The position numbers and the translations under genes are program-made. From a virus (lineage: Duplodnaviria; Caudoviricetes): a stretch of 64,000 nt of DNA. Positions within the stretch are counted from its first letter, which is position 1; each line of letters begins with the position of its first letter. Below, piece after piece: positions 28,276-42,200 of this stretch. A model generated the notes under the pieces. That model saw only the letters and a list, made by a program, of their open reading frames with translations, made no database searches and was not told the origin of the DNA. The DNA is taken from positions 96,001 to 160,000 of the IMG/VR virus record IMGVR_UViG_3300014203_000012, one strand, 5' to 3'.

Positions 28276-30126
28276 TTAATTTTTATTAAATAGATTTAGC
28301 ATTTTATTCGTTGCCCACTGGTCTAATCCGCCCGCAACGTCAGTGTATATCTTATCCATATATTTATCCCTAAAATATTGCGAGTAGTATAAATATAACG
28401 TTCGTTTTAAGTCTGGTTCGTTTATATTAATACCGCACAGATTAGCTACATAATCCATAAGCGTAATATTACTTAACAAACCTTTCTTAATATCATCATT
28501 TGTAGTAATAGCCATAGCACCATATAATTCCTTAATGGTAAAATGTACGTCTACAGATGTAGGCAATCCACTAGGAGTCCAGCTTCCTTCTTGCCCTTTA
28601 GTGATACTCATATTAGTTATTATACCCATATCACAATTAAATAGACCTTTATAGAAAGCTCTAACAAGAAATGGAGATACATATCCATTCGGCCCAACAG
28701 ATCTTGGAGATACATATCCGACTAAGTGTAGTATAGGAACTATAATATTTAGATATATACTATAATTATCACAATCAGGAGAGGTTAATTTAATGCTTAT
28801 ATCATAATCTCTAGAGAATTGCGAATCGTTCCATATCTCTGGAAATATAAGTTTACCACCAGCTATTACAGTCTTAAGTCCATTCGTAATACCGCCAATA
28901 AGACCATTACTATTTGCCATTTTAGAAACCATATCTTGTTTATTTTGTTCAGTTTTTGCAATTTGTTTATCCGCACTAAATGCATCTAACTCCATACCGG
29001 TCAAAGCTCCAGCTCCACCAAGTATAAAATTCATTTCTCTACCTATATCAGAGATACCATTTACTTTCCCTGCTATCATTGATTGCCCTGTACTATTTGA
29101 GAATGAATCAGATATTTGATTTTCTGAATTTATATAAAATGCTACCCCTCCTCGGTAGTTTAACATGCTATGAAGAGTTTCATTAGAATTGCTTTGCCAA
29201 TCATAGTTTCCTAGTGTTTTATCACCATAATATGTTTCATCTTGTAAATTAAGCAATTTTGCCGCTGCTCTACACATTGGATTTACATGTTTAAAATATG
29301 AGGTCCAATTCACATTTAATCCATAATATCTACCTGGATTGTTTATGAGAGAATCTAAATCAGTCTTGCTTGATCCATCTCCAGTAAATGTCGTAACTAC
29401 ATACTCTAAAATATTTTCCTTTTCTTTTTTACTATAACCGGATAAGAATTCTGGACTTCCAGGAACCATAACGAGTAAAGGTAATTTTGAAACTATTTTT
29501 TCTGCATATTTACGACCAAACGAATCAGAATTGTTGGGATCTATGCGCCTATCTGCGATTTCCATATATTGATATGGCATACCATATACTCCACGCAATG
29601 ACGTTATACGCAATCCATCTAATATAGAATCTGTATTTTTTGTAGTTCCAACAGTAGATTCTGTAGTACTAGAAGTGACATCTCTAGGTGGAGGGGTTGG
29701 AGTTATTGCTATCTCTGGTGGAACCATAATTGTGCCATTTGCGGTTACACTTATATCTGAAATATTTACCCAATATTGATTTTCCCCATTTGATATTTGT
29801 GCCGTAGTCCCTTTTATTGCAACTACTCCAAATGTAACACTAGTTACAGATATTGGTAGGAATCCACCATCTGTAGTTTTTACTTTATCTGTAGAATTAA
29901 ATTTTATATAAGATCCAACTTTTACATCAGTCTTGGTGGTTTCACCAACTTTTTCAACTGATCCGTCAGCGTTGAGTACCCACCCCACACTTGTATGATA
30001 CCAACTATTTGTTACTTCACTAACAACTAAACAACTTCCAGCGATTATACTGTCTAGTATAGGAGAGGTTATTGTACAATCTGAATGTGCATCTACTGTA
30101 TTATTAAATTTATATATATCTGCCAT
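28276..30126 (-). CDS. Baseplate tail-tube cap-like (T4 gp48-like) protein with N-terminal SH3-like domains
   Basis: C-terminal RDYDISIKL...MGIITNMSITKG...GLPTSVDVHFTIKEL. N-terminal WYHTSVGWV and QYWVNISDI, then a Pro/Thr linker. Confidence 0.55.
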   Translation of the reverse strand: MADIYKFNNTVDAHSDCTITSPILDSIIAGSCLVVSEVTNSWYHTSVGWVLNADGSVEKVGETTKTDVKVGSYIKFNSTDKVKTTDGGFLPISVTSVTFGVVAIKGTTAQISNGENQYWVNISDISVTANGTIMVPPEIAITPTPPPRDVTSSTTESTVGTTKNTDSILDGLRITSLRGVYGMPYQYMEIADRRIDPNNSDSFGRKYAEKIVSKLPLLVMVPGSPEFLSGYSKKEKENILEYVVTTFTGDGSSKTDLDSLINNPGRYYGLNVNWTSYFKHVNPMCRAAAKLLNLQDETYYGDKTLGNYDWQSNSNETLHSMLNYRGGVAFYINSENQISDSFSNSTGQSMIAGKVNGISDIGREMNFILGGAGALTGMELDAFSADKQIAKTEQNKQDMVSKMANSNGLIGGITNGLKTVIAGGKLIFPEIWNDSQFSRDYDISIKLTSPDCDNYSIYLNIIVPILHLVGYVSPRSVGPNGYVSPFLVRAFYKGLFNCDMGIITNMSITKGQEGSWTPSGLPTSVDVHFTIKELYGAMAITTNDDIKKGLLSNITLMDYVANLCGININEPDLKRTLYLYYSQYFRDKYMDKIYTDVAGGLDQWATNKMLNLFNKN

Positions 30127-30154
30127 TTTAATCCCACCTCATAAGGTATAATTT

Positions 30155-30166
30155 TAATATAGTGTT
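30155..30166 (-). promoter_or_regulatory. Late-type promoter AACA-N6-TA
   Basis: Minus-strand AACACTATATTA, abutting the hairpin at 30165-30192. Confidence 0.6.
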
Positions 30167-30192
30167 GGGAAGGTCAATTATGACCTTCCCAA
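30165..30192 (-). terminator. Terminator hairpin
   Basis: TTGGGAAGGTCA-atta-TGACCTTCCCAA. Confidence 0.8.
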
Positions 30193-30203
30193 GTATATAG
30201 TTT

Positions 30204-33200
30204 TTATGAAATAGCTATGGCTCTCATAGCACTTATAATACTTTGAGTGTCTTTAGTCGCCATTATATCACCAAATCCATTATTACTTCCATTACCCATT
30301 GAGGATAATTTAGATAATATTGAAGCTGGAGATAGACTAGATTTTTGGTTAGATGCGGTAGTAGTGTTTGTTTGAGCTTGAGTTGATGGTGTCTGCCCAG
30401 TAAGAGCTCCAGCGATAGAAGCTAGTAATGAAATAATCATATCTAATTTAGGACTATAATCAGGAGCGCAAGCTTGTGATATTTGCGATTTATCTTGTTG
30501 TGCTTGAGCTACTGATACAGGATTTGAACTATTTGCTTTGATAATATTAGGGTCTATAATATTTTTATCTATAGAATCGGTTATAGACTCTATATTAGTT
30601 TGGTCAGTTCCTCTACCCCAAATGGGACTACCAGTACCTACCCCACCATTAAGATGTTTTAGAGCAAAGTTTTTTCTGGCTTGTTTTAATTGAGATAATA
30701 GTTCTTGACCTCTACTATTTTTAGTTTTAATAATAGAATTATCCTGAGATGAGGATTCTTGGGTATCCGTTTTATTATTAAAACCATCAATGAAATTAGT
30801 TGAGATACCATTTAATGGATTATCTGTATTTTTAGTAGCCTCTTTTACAAGAGCATTTGCATAACTAGGATTAACTTCACTTATAGGTTGTTTACCACTT
30901 AGTGTTTTAGCAGTTAAATCAGATTGAGCTATCCCTTCAGGTGAAGGAAGATTAATTGCAGGGCTAGTACTATTTGGTTTGAGTTGAGCTTGTGCCGCAT
31001 CCCACATTTCTTTTATTTTCTGGGCTTTAGCTTTAGCCACATCCATTGAATCGTCGTCTGTAATTTTATTATAGTCTTGTATAAAGTCTTCTGGTACAGC
31101 TTTAATGGAATCTTTAATCTGATCTAGCATAGTACCAGTTCCAAATTTACGAGGACCTGTTTTACCAGTTCCAAATTTGTTTAGTCCAGATTTACCACTA
31201 GCGCTTCCAGGACCCGCTTCGGCTGCAGTATCTACACCGTTTGTTTTATTGCCAGTTACTACAGAACCATCACCAGCCCCAGTTGCAACGTATCCAAATA
31301 TATTTTTATCTCCCCATGTATCCGCCATAGGTCCGTGTTTTACTTTTAGTGTACTAGACGAGTTACCGAAATAACCACCTTTACCATCAGCAATAACAAC
31401 ATGATCTGGATCGCTAGGATCGCTATCAGTATTTATAAGACCAATATCACCCTCAGCTCCACCTTTAGATGCATCTTTCCATAACCCAGATGCTTTAGCT
31501 TGTTCCATAAGGGTTGGTGTCCAAAGAGGCATACTATTAGCGAATTCATTTCCAGAGTGTTCTATATAGTCTTTAGCAAATGCAGTACAGCCATTAGGAC
31601 CATAGCCTTGCGGTTGATCTGATTCGACTAAACCTTCAGCCCAAGTAGAAGCTTTTTGTATTCCAGCATTTGTACTATTTGATACGAATTTTTCTCCAGT
31701 GTATCCGTCGGATTGTTTCTTATCTTTCTTATCCTTAGAACCAAATATACTGCTAAATGGATTATCATCACCAAATATCATTTTAAGTTTATCAGCGCCA
31801 AAGAAACTTCCAGCTTGAGATGTAATAGCCCCAGCTAAAGGTCCAAGAGCCTGTTGCATTTTACCAGTCATTGATTTAGCCGCGCTTAGAACCCCACCTA
31901 ACATTCCATCACTACTTGCGGTTTGAGCTGCAGCCGCAACTTTATTACTATTATTAATTGGAGTAGCTCCAGGAGCGGATTCTCCAGAAAGCGAAACTCC
32001 AGCGGTATTAACTGATGGTTTAGTAATCTCTGTTGTAGTAGTAGGTGCAAGTCCAGGAGCTGCACTATTATCCAATTCAATTCCTCTACCCCATTTACCT
32101 TTACCTGTGTGTGGTGGAGTAGTAGCATCAGAACTATTAAGATTGAAAGCATTGCTCATTGTTTCAGCTAATTCACTAAGTTGGCCAAAGAAACCAGTAT
32201 TCTTTTTCTTAGTATCTTTATTATTAGTTTTGCTATTAGTCGCAGAACCACTAAATGGTTTTCCCTGACCTATAGTATTAAAAATATTTTCGCCATAGGA
32301 TACACGCTTACCCATTTCAGAACCACCGCTAACTTCAAAATCGGTATCCCAAATTTCAGCAGCTTCTTTAATACTTTTTGATGAGTTAAGTTTATCAACT
32401 ACCCCCCTTTCATTCATTTCCTGCCACATGAAATTAAGTTGGGTATCTAATAAATTTGGATCTCCTAGAGCTGACATTCTAGCGTATCTATCATTTTTAT
32501 CCCACTGACAAATACCTCGGTGTGTTCCATTATCTGCAGTAGGGTCAAAACTAGATTCTTGCTGAATATTTCCCATAATACCAGCTATAGCTTCGGAGCT
32601 CATTTTTTTATCTTTTAAGAAGTTCCATATTTTTTGGGCATTATCCTCTGTGCCACGACCCCATTTACCAGTACCTAGTTTACCCATTGCAGATTTGAGG
32701 ACTTTATTTCCTCGTCCAAATTTACCTTTACCTGCAGCGATAGCCATGGAAGATTTACCTAGTACACTACTGGCTTTATACATTTTGTCTGGTGTTGTAG
32801 ACTCTGGATCTTGTACAGTTATATTTCCTTTACCATCCATGCCAGTACCGACGACATAATGATTATACTGACCGTATGGATTGTCATTGTTAACACCTTT
32901 ATTATCTTTACCCATTAGCAATACTGGATTGCCCTGAGAAAGATTAGATTTTATATCAGTTGGAGATTGAACTTGTTCAGTGCCTATACCATATTTGCCA
33001 AGAATATCTCCAAAATAGCCAGGTTCTGTTCCTCCATCTTTTTCTTTATATCCCTTGGATAAGGCATATTTAGCCGCGCTCTTAGGATCTATGTTGACTC
33101 CTAGTGCACTTGCCATATTAGTCGCAGAAACAGGACCACATCCACTGTCCTCCATAGTCTGAGGGGTGCTGTCTTGAGAAGTATTGAAGTTCATGGCATT

Positions 33201-36200
33201 AGCCGGATCTAATTGTGAGTGAAACCCATCAGCTAAAGTTCCAGCACCTCTACCAAACTTAGGACCGGTTTTACCAGTAGCAGAATTTTTATCCATCCAA
33301 GTAGCTACTGTATTTTTGGCAGAGTTGTATGCATTCCCAACTTTATCCGATATATTCTGAGCCCCATTCTTAACTGAGTCCCAGGCATTGTTAGCCATCT
33401 TTTTAGTAGAATCCCATGCATTAGCTGCAAAATTCTTAACAGAATCCCAAGTATTACTAGCTATATCTTTAGCAGAATTCCAAGATTTCTGAAAAAATCC
33501 TCCAACTCCAGATGGTCCTTTATTCTCACTAGGATCTTTATTGTCTTGACTTTCGTTAGTAGAGTCACTTCCACCATTTCTTAATTTTTCTACATCCGCT
33601 CTGGTAAATCCGCATGGAGGTCCGATAATACCTAATGCCATATCTAATACATCATCTGTTTGTATCACATACCCAAGTATAGGAATCATATTAACCACGG
33701 CATCTACGAAGCCAGCAACAAATTTCATCCCAGCAGTAGATCCTGATTTGATTTGGTATAATTCGTCGGAACCGCTCCACCCATGCCAAAACCATGATAT
33801 TGCTTCTCCAACAGCTAAAACAACATCCCCAATACCAGCAGTCGCAGCTCCTACTGTAGCATATGCTGCAGCCATACTAAGTTTAGCTCCAAGTTTCTCT
33901 ACTATTTTAGCAATATTTTTAGGAGCAGCCATCTTCTCTAATAGTTTACCACAAAATTCCTGCACAGCAGTATATGCTTTACTACTAGGAATAAACTTTC
34001 CTACTTTCTCTACTAAAGATTTTAATGCGTCTTTAGCTTTAGCTATAAAAGCTTGAGCTTTTTCCACAATTTCTGGATTATTAGCTATATCCCTTACAAT
34101 GCGCAATCCACCACCAATAAGACCAGACGCGGTATTACTAAATGAAGGAGCATTAGTAGTAGTAGTATTAGGCGCATCTGAATTATCTGGAGTTGCAGCT
34201 TCTGCTTTAGATGATGAAAATAATGAAGTGCCAATAGCAGCAGCTCCAGCTGCTAATGCTAATTTACCTTTATGCTTAGATATAAAAGATCCAGCTCTAC
34301 TTAACGCTCCAGGTTTTCCACCAGCCGCAGCCGCTCCTTTAGCTTTTGTGGCTTTACCGTCGCTACGATCTCTGATTTCTTGCGCAGCATCAGCTATTGG
34401 ATTTCCTGAAGAATCACCAACTCCTGCTCCGCCTTTTAGTAGATCTATTATCTGTTGAAGATAGCTAACCATAGTAGTTCTATGGGTATTCATGGCAGCT
34501 AATAAATCCGTAGGTTCGTCTACTGCGTTTCCGTCACCGTCAACTGCAGAAGATGAGTCTCCACCACCAAATAATCCACTTATCTTCCCACCTGCTTTGC
34601 CTAGTAGTGATTTACCTTTAGTTAATCCTTTACCAAGGAATCCACCAATTTTGCTATTACCAAATCTAGTGCTTAGTGCACCTAGTTTACCAACCATTGC
34701 TCCACCTAATTTAGTTCCAATTATCTTATCTTTTATTTTAGATGCGAATCCACCTAGCTTATTACCAGCCCAGCCAGCAGCTCCACCTAATTTATTACCA
34801 GCCCAGCCAGCAGCTGCTCCAAGTTTATTCCCAACCCAACTAGCAGCTCCACCTAGTTTACCGCCCATCCAACTTCCAACTCCACCTAAACCTAAAAGTT
34901 GTAATGGTAAACCTAATAAGCTACCAAAGCTTTTGAGCATGGTCATAGGCAATTTAACTAGATCTAGTAACCCACTTAAAGCTCCAGCCAGTCCACCTTT
35001 AGCTATAGATTTGGCCGCTTCAGCACCAACCTTAAGTTTACCACTAGCAACGCCAGCCATTATCTTAAGATTAGTTAGAATACCTTTTTGAGTATTATCT
35101 CTATCCGATATCTTTTCTTGAATGGCTTTATTATCTTTGCTATTAGCCATAACCATAGACCCATCGGTAGATTTGGTATAGCTTTCTATACCATACTCGG
35201 TGTTTACTTGAGTTGGACTTTTAGAATCTTTAGGTACTGGGGTGCTAGTTGCAGCGAATTTATTTTCATTAGCTGGTACGACTTGTTCACCTTTCGATAA
35301 AACCGCTACTCCACCTTTAGTAATACTCGTAGCACCATCAGCAAAACCATTAGGTAATATTGAGGGGTGTCTGAGAGTTTTGTACTTGTCCGCAATAGAG
35401 GCGCCAATAGATGATATTCCCGCACCAATAGCATTTTTTGTAGATCTGATACCGCCAGCTATATCATTAGCGGCCATAGAAATACCAGTTTTAGCGATAG
35501 ATTTGCCACGACTAAATTCTTCACCTATAGGTGAAATTACTTTACCCACATCGTCTTTATATTTCTGATAATTAGTTCTAGGGTCGTAATTATTTCCGTT
35601 TACTTTAGATACGTTATCAGCAGCTTTTTCATCATCTTCATTTGTTGAGTCATACATTTTATCTATAGCTTTATCTTTAGCACTGCCTAGATATTGTGAT
35701 TTCTTAGGAGCCATCTTTTTCAAAGTGTCTTGACTTACATTATTGAATCCACCTTTAAATAGTTCTACCATAGCTTTAATTACTTCAGGATCTTCATTCA
35801 TAATAGCATCCATATTAGTAATCTTCATTCCAGTTTGAACAAATGCTAGTATATTACCAAAACCCTCATCGGACATTTTAGCTAATTTATCATAGTCTTT
35901 AATCTCATATCCCGATTGTCCTAGTTCGATAAATCGTTTAAACGTATTAGCATCATAACTTAGTATTTTATCTAGATCTTTAAACTTATACCCATTATAA
36001 GCAAGCTTTTTAATGTCTTGGAATCTGTTAGGGTTATCAGCAAGAACATTTTTATTAGCTTCAGATATCTTTTGACCATCATACGCTTTAGATATTGATT
36101 CGTTAGTAGTATTAACAAGTTCATTATTCTGACCAGTATATATTTCACTAGCTTTATCGCCAATTTTATTAGCTCGATCTAGTTTCTTTTGTTGCTTAGG

Positions 36201-39200
36201 ATTTATACCCATAGCATTGTCTCTGATTTGCGCTAGTATTTCTACTTGCTCTTTCATAAACATTGCAAGTTTATCTGTATTAGCATCTAGTGAAGAATTA
36301 ATAGAGTCAAATTGATTACCCTCTTTAATAGTACCATCTTTGCTTTCATCTCTAGATTGTATTTCAGTTTGTAGAACTGAACGGTATTTATCTAGATTAT
36401 CTGCATTGATCCCTTTGATACCATGATCTTTTTCTAATTTTGCATATAGTTCATTTTCATTTCCAGTATAGTTTTCTTTTCTAGCCTTCATTTCTCTAAC
36501 TTTATTAGATTTAACATTTACTTCTTTAGAGAGTTTTGCTTTTTCAGCTGTACTTAAATCAGATTCCTGGATAAGACGTTGAGCTTTTTCCATATCTCCA
36601 GCGTGAGCAGCTTTAAGAATAGCTTTAGATTTTGAAACTCCTAGTTTATCAGTAACTGTAGAGCCTAGATCTTTTACATATTCAGCATGACGTTCATCTA
36701 AGAACCCTTTACCTTTTTTAAGTTCTCCCATGAGATTATGTGCTTTTTCTAAGTCATCTTTACTAGAATTAGATAGGTTTTCATCATATCCCTTTAACTT
36801 ATAATCTTTACCACGTTTAGCCATGAACTCAAGACGTTCATCTGCAGTCATGTAGTCAGCATTAGATTTTTCTATTTGATGCTGTCTTACTTTATCTCCA
36901 ACCCAGCCAATTGCTTTAGATGGAGCAGATATTACTTTAGCTCCTATATTAGCAGCTTTCTTAGCTGCCCACGTTACTGGTTTTAGTATTGCTTTTACTG
37001 GAGCCATGAGTTTTTTAACAAGTGGTATGCCTAAAGCAGATTTTATCGCCCAACCAAAAGCCTTTCCTATACCTTTAAACGTATCTTTTATAGCCAAACT
37101 TATTTGTTTACCAATAGGAGCTATAGAACGTTTGATTGGATCGAGCATATCTTTCTTCATAAAATCAAAGAATTTAGTTTTAAAAGTAGAAGCGAAACCT
37201 GCTAACGGATCTATCAATGTTTCTCTTAAAGCCCCAGATAAACCGCCTTTACGTACGCCTTTAGAATCTGCTTTTCCAAGCATGAAATCTTTAAATTCAT
37301 CTGTGGTTGATACTAATCCCAGTCCTGTACCAAGAGCAGCATTACCTAGTAGACCGAATGGTCCTAAAAACATAGTTCCAATTGCAGCAGCAGCTACATT
37401 AGGGAAAGCTTTTTGTATAAGTTTTTGGCTGTCTCCATTGATTAAGCCATCTTTCTCACCGAATAATGCATTTTGTATACCTTCATTATTCTTAGCAAAA
37501 CTAATAGCTGAACCCATCATAAGACCACCAAGTGGTCCAAGTGGAGTTAACATGCCAAGCACCGTACCAGTTATACCATAAGTCTTAGCATCAGGTAAAT
37601 ACTTCGACATGCTTTCTTGTAATTCATCAGAGAATAATCCGCCGCCTCTTTTGCCGGTGTCGTTCCCTTCTGCATCGTATACTTTTTCACCAAATAAGCC
37701 CTTTTGGAAAGTTTCACTATTGGATACAACAGATAATGCCGAACCTGCAATAGCTCCTAATAATGGACCACCTATTCCAGTAAGTAAACCTACTGTACCA
37801 CCAAGTAACCCACCAGCTATACCTTTAGGTAAATGCTTTTTAACTTCTGCATTTACTTTTGAAATTTTCATTCCAGCTTCTTTAGTATCAAATAATTGGT
37901 TAGCAAAATCGCCTATACCATTTTTAAAGTTATTTACACCTTTAGAAATAGCACCTTCTTGGCCAAAAGCAGGAGTACCATTAGCATTTTCAGCAATATC
38001 ATTTTTATCAAAGACTTTTCCAAGTCTTTGTTTGATATTTCTTTCATTTACTTCATCCTTACGTCTATCTGCTTTATCTTTATTAGGATTGAATGGATTC
38101 TCATCAGATGGGATAATTGCTTCTCCCTCTGATACTATACTTAATCCACTCTTAGTAATATTTCTAGCACCTTGGGCAAAGTGATTAACTTTGACTTGTC
38201 TTTCATCTAATTTAGGATTGCTTTTGAGATCGAATCCAAAGTTATTATAATAATCTTCTCCTCGTTCGGACGTTCCTCTTTCTGCGTCAGATAAGAATTT
38301 ATTCCCGATAGGCGTGAAATTTTCCAAAGGTGTATCCGTAGCTAAAGTTGGTAATATAGATGGAGAATGGTATTTCAGATTAGCTGTATATGATTCTACT
38401 AAATTTTTCTTTTTATACGATTCTAAGTAGGGAGCAATAGAAGGATTTGCTTTTGATGCGGATGCTACAAATTTAGTAAAACTCTCACTAATAGCTTTAA
38501 GACGTTCTACCGAATTGGTATCGAGTATAGCCTGTACGGTAGTGCTTATTTGCTCTTCTGGGATAGACATCTTCCCAAGCGTATCAGAAAAAATCTCTGT
38601 ATATCTTCCGTATAATGCACCCTTAGATGCGATTATATCATTCATTTTATTAGTAAGATCAGAGGTGTCTTTACCTACAGTAGCTCTTTGGTTTATCTGG
38701 ATTCGTATAGATTTTAAAGGATCACCTTTACCTAATCCTTTAACAGCTGTCATATATTCGGCCGATAACTCATCTACTTTTTTATATGCGACTTTAGCTT
38801 CTGGATCTGAAGTCGCCAACCCTAAAAGAGTAGCTAAAGAATCTAACGCTTGAGTAAAAGATTTTCGTTCAGTCGCATTACCAGTGAATGCTTTCTTATT
38901 AGCTTCAGCTTGCGATAATATAATATTTGGATCACTTATAGCTTTGTCTTTTGTAGTTCCAAACTGTTTCCAACTTTCATCTTGCTCTCTTTGTAAAGAT
39001 GATCGTTTTTGTTCTAATTTTTCTCTACCAGTCTTCATTGAAGAGGTTGCGTGTTCTAAAGCCATACCTTTACTAAAAATAGCATTAGCTCTTTTATTTT
39101 TAAGAAGATGCGAATACTTTGGATCACTTAGATCTAGTTTGGATAGGATTGTATCGCTAGGAAGTTCTAATATAGATTTGATAGTATTGAGATCTTCAAT

Positions 39201-42200
39201 TTTACCATTACGCTGAGCAAGTAACTCACTATCATCTTCATTATAGTTTTGAATAGCGAGATCAGTTTCCTGTATCTTACCTTTTCTTTCGGTATAAGAT
39301 TGTATTTTATTATTAAATACTTTTTTAGTTTTAGAATCTCTAAGTTTTATAGAATTTAGGTAGTCTAATCTTTCTTGTAGTTCAGATATTTTTTTAGGAT
39401 TTGTTTCTTCCTTTAATTTATTGGCTATAGTTTGACGCTCTTTAGTGTTAGCGTCTATACGTTTTACAGATTTATTATTTTTAACAGTATGCTTAAATGC
39501 TGTTACCTCGTCTATAGCATCAACACCAGTAGTTCTCTTAGCACTAGCTATTTTTTGATCTGTAGTTTGTTCACCTAGAATTTTATTATTATAGAATTGA
39601 TCTGCATCTTTATAGGACTTTTTCATGTCCTTTTTTACTTCTTCGTATGCTTGGTTATATGCATTTTTAACCGCATCTATAGTAGGAGTTAGTATACCTT
39701 CCTTACCAACAAAATAATCACTGATACCTTTGGTTATACCATCGATATCTACACCCATTCCCTTTAAAGCATTTTTACTAGCTTTCCACATGGATTCGCC
39801 ACCAAATTTATCTTTAAAAGGTTTTAGAAGAGTATTGTCCATCCAATCGTTTATTTTACCGAAAGTGCCTTGCAGTTCCCAACTCATACGATTAAAGAAA
39901 CCTTTAATCTTATTTCCATTTTTGTCTTTAACGTCGGATTCTTGACCATAGAAGAAGTTATAAATATTCTCATCTGCTTTACTTATTACTCCAGTGAGTA
40001 TATCCGCAGGCTTAGCAGTTAATTTATCTATACCGTTTCTAATAACGTCATATTTAGCTCCCAAAGAACCAGCTCTGATAAGTTGATTTAAGAAAGTAGT
40101 TTTATTATCTTTATCAGCAGTTTCTTCTAAATTTTTCTTAGAATCTTTTGCACTAGTAGCGATCATATCTGTTAGCCAGGTAGAATTATTTTCCATAGAT
40201 CTTTTATTATCTCTTACATTTCTATTACTAGCATTAACACGAATAGCCCCAGACGCCTCTGATGTATCGTCCATATAACGATCTACTCTCCCAATCATCT
40301 TACCTTGAGATTTAGCTTGATTATATCTAGAATTTTCAATACGCTCAAAAGAGTCATTCATTGATTTGGTTCTATCCTGTTCTATTTTAGCATTAGATTT
40401 TTCTTTAGGCCCTAGAGTTCTTTCAAATTGTTTTTTTAACTCTTCGTCTGATACGTTGGAGAAATCATCTTGGCGACCATTCGCTTTATTCTTTCCACTT
40501 TTTCCACCGCGAGAAGATCCGCAACCAAAACCATTAGTTTTTCTAATAGCAAATAGCTCACCTTGTATTCCTCTTAAATAGTCAAAGATATTCTTTTTAA
40601 ACGGATCTGTTACTTTAAGAATATTAGACTGATCTCCTAGATTGCCATATTTTTCTTTAATAATACCAGTTTTATCGTCAGTTTTAATATGAGAATCCGC
40701 ATTGTATCCATTAAATAGATTTCCGTATAGTGAGTTACCATCTTTTTCTATACCTTCCATTTGACGATTATGCATTTCTCTTTGAGATTGTATATTGTTA
40801 GCAGACTTCATTGCAGTTCCACGTTTAAGATTGGAAAACATGGTTTTAAAAAGTTTCATATTAGCTTTACTTTCTATACCATATTTAGTGTTATCAGATT
40901 CGTCCTTAGAATTTGGGTCGAAGTGCCCAAAATCATCATATATTTTTGTAAATATGGTTTCCATATCTTTATGCATAGCTTCTTTATCTTCTCTAGATTT
41001 AAAAGATAAAGCTTCCATCATTTTCTTCATCTCGTCAGACATATCAGACGTGGCCGATTGAACGTTAGTTTTTTTAATATTATTAAACTGCGTTTGTACT
41101 GCTTTAGCATTAGTCCATTTACCACTTTTAAGATCATAGAATCGTTCATTAGTTCCACCAATCAATGCTTCTATTCTTCTCAAGTGACCAGGTATAACTT
41201 CGATTAAGCTTTTATTAGCTATTCCATTCCATTGCATATTTCCTTGTTCATATTTAGAAGTGTCAATAGTACTTTTAACAGTATTCTTTAATCCAAATAT
41301 TTTACCAAGGAACTGCTCTAATGGATTTGCATTATCATCATTAGCATTTTTATTAAACTTAGCAGTCATAGTGGCGAAAGCGCCAGATAAAGTATCATCG
41401 AATTTCTTCAATGCTGTAGTTAATTTTGGTCCCATCGCACTAGCTATTAAGAACTGTGGTATGATAGCTAATGGATTATTCGCAAACATTTTAAGATTCT
41501 CTTCTGAAAGCATACCAAGCATACCACCAGATGCTTCATTAGCAGCATTTACAAAGTTACCACCAACAGCTTTACCATAAGCTTTAAGATCTGGAGTTCC
41601 ACTAGCGTTTACAACATCATCAAATCTATTTGCTTTCTTCTCTTTTTCTTCCTTCAATTCAACTTTATACTTTTCACGTTGCATTGTAAGCATTTCTTTA
41701 AGAATAGCATTCTGTTCTTGTAAAAGACCAGTCGTAGATTCGAAGTATCTCTTAGAGTTTTCAGCATGTGCACTTACTACTTCAGTATTGAATTTGTATA
41801 AAGCGTCAATACCATTAGACAATCCGCCAAAGCCAGATTGTATACTATTCATAAGTCTAATAGATTGAGTGTATTGCATATTAGCATTGCTCTTAGCAGT
41901 TCCTGCAATATATTCAGCAGAATTAGCAACAGCATTGGTTACAGCATATGCATTCTTTTCGGATGCAGAGTTGACTGCTTTGATAACCATTTGATCGCCA
42001 TCTGTTATTGTAGGAGTTGCATTGGTATCTGTAGTATTATCGAATTCTGACATATCTTCCGTGTCGCCAAAATCACCAAAAGAAGAATCTTCTCTTTTCT
42101 TGTTATACAGATTACCAGACTTGATATCTTCCATTGCATTACCAAATGCTAAATCGCTAAGTCTATATACAGTACTACCCTGGATTAGGTCTTTAGCACG

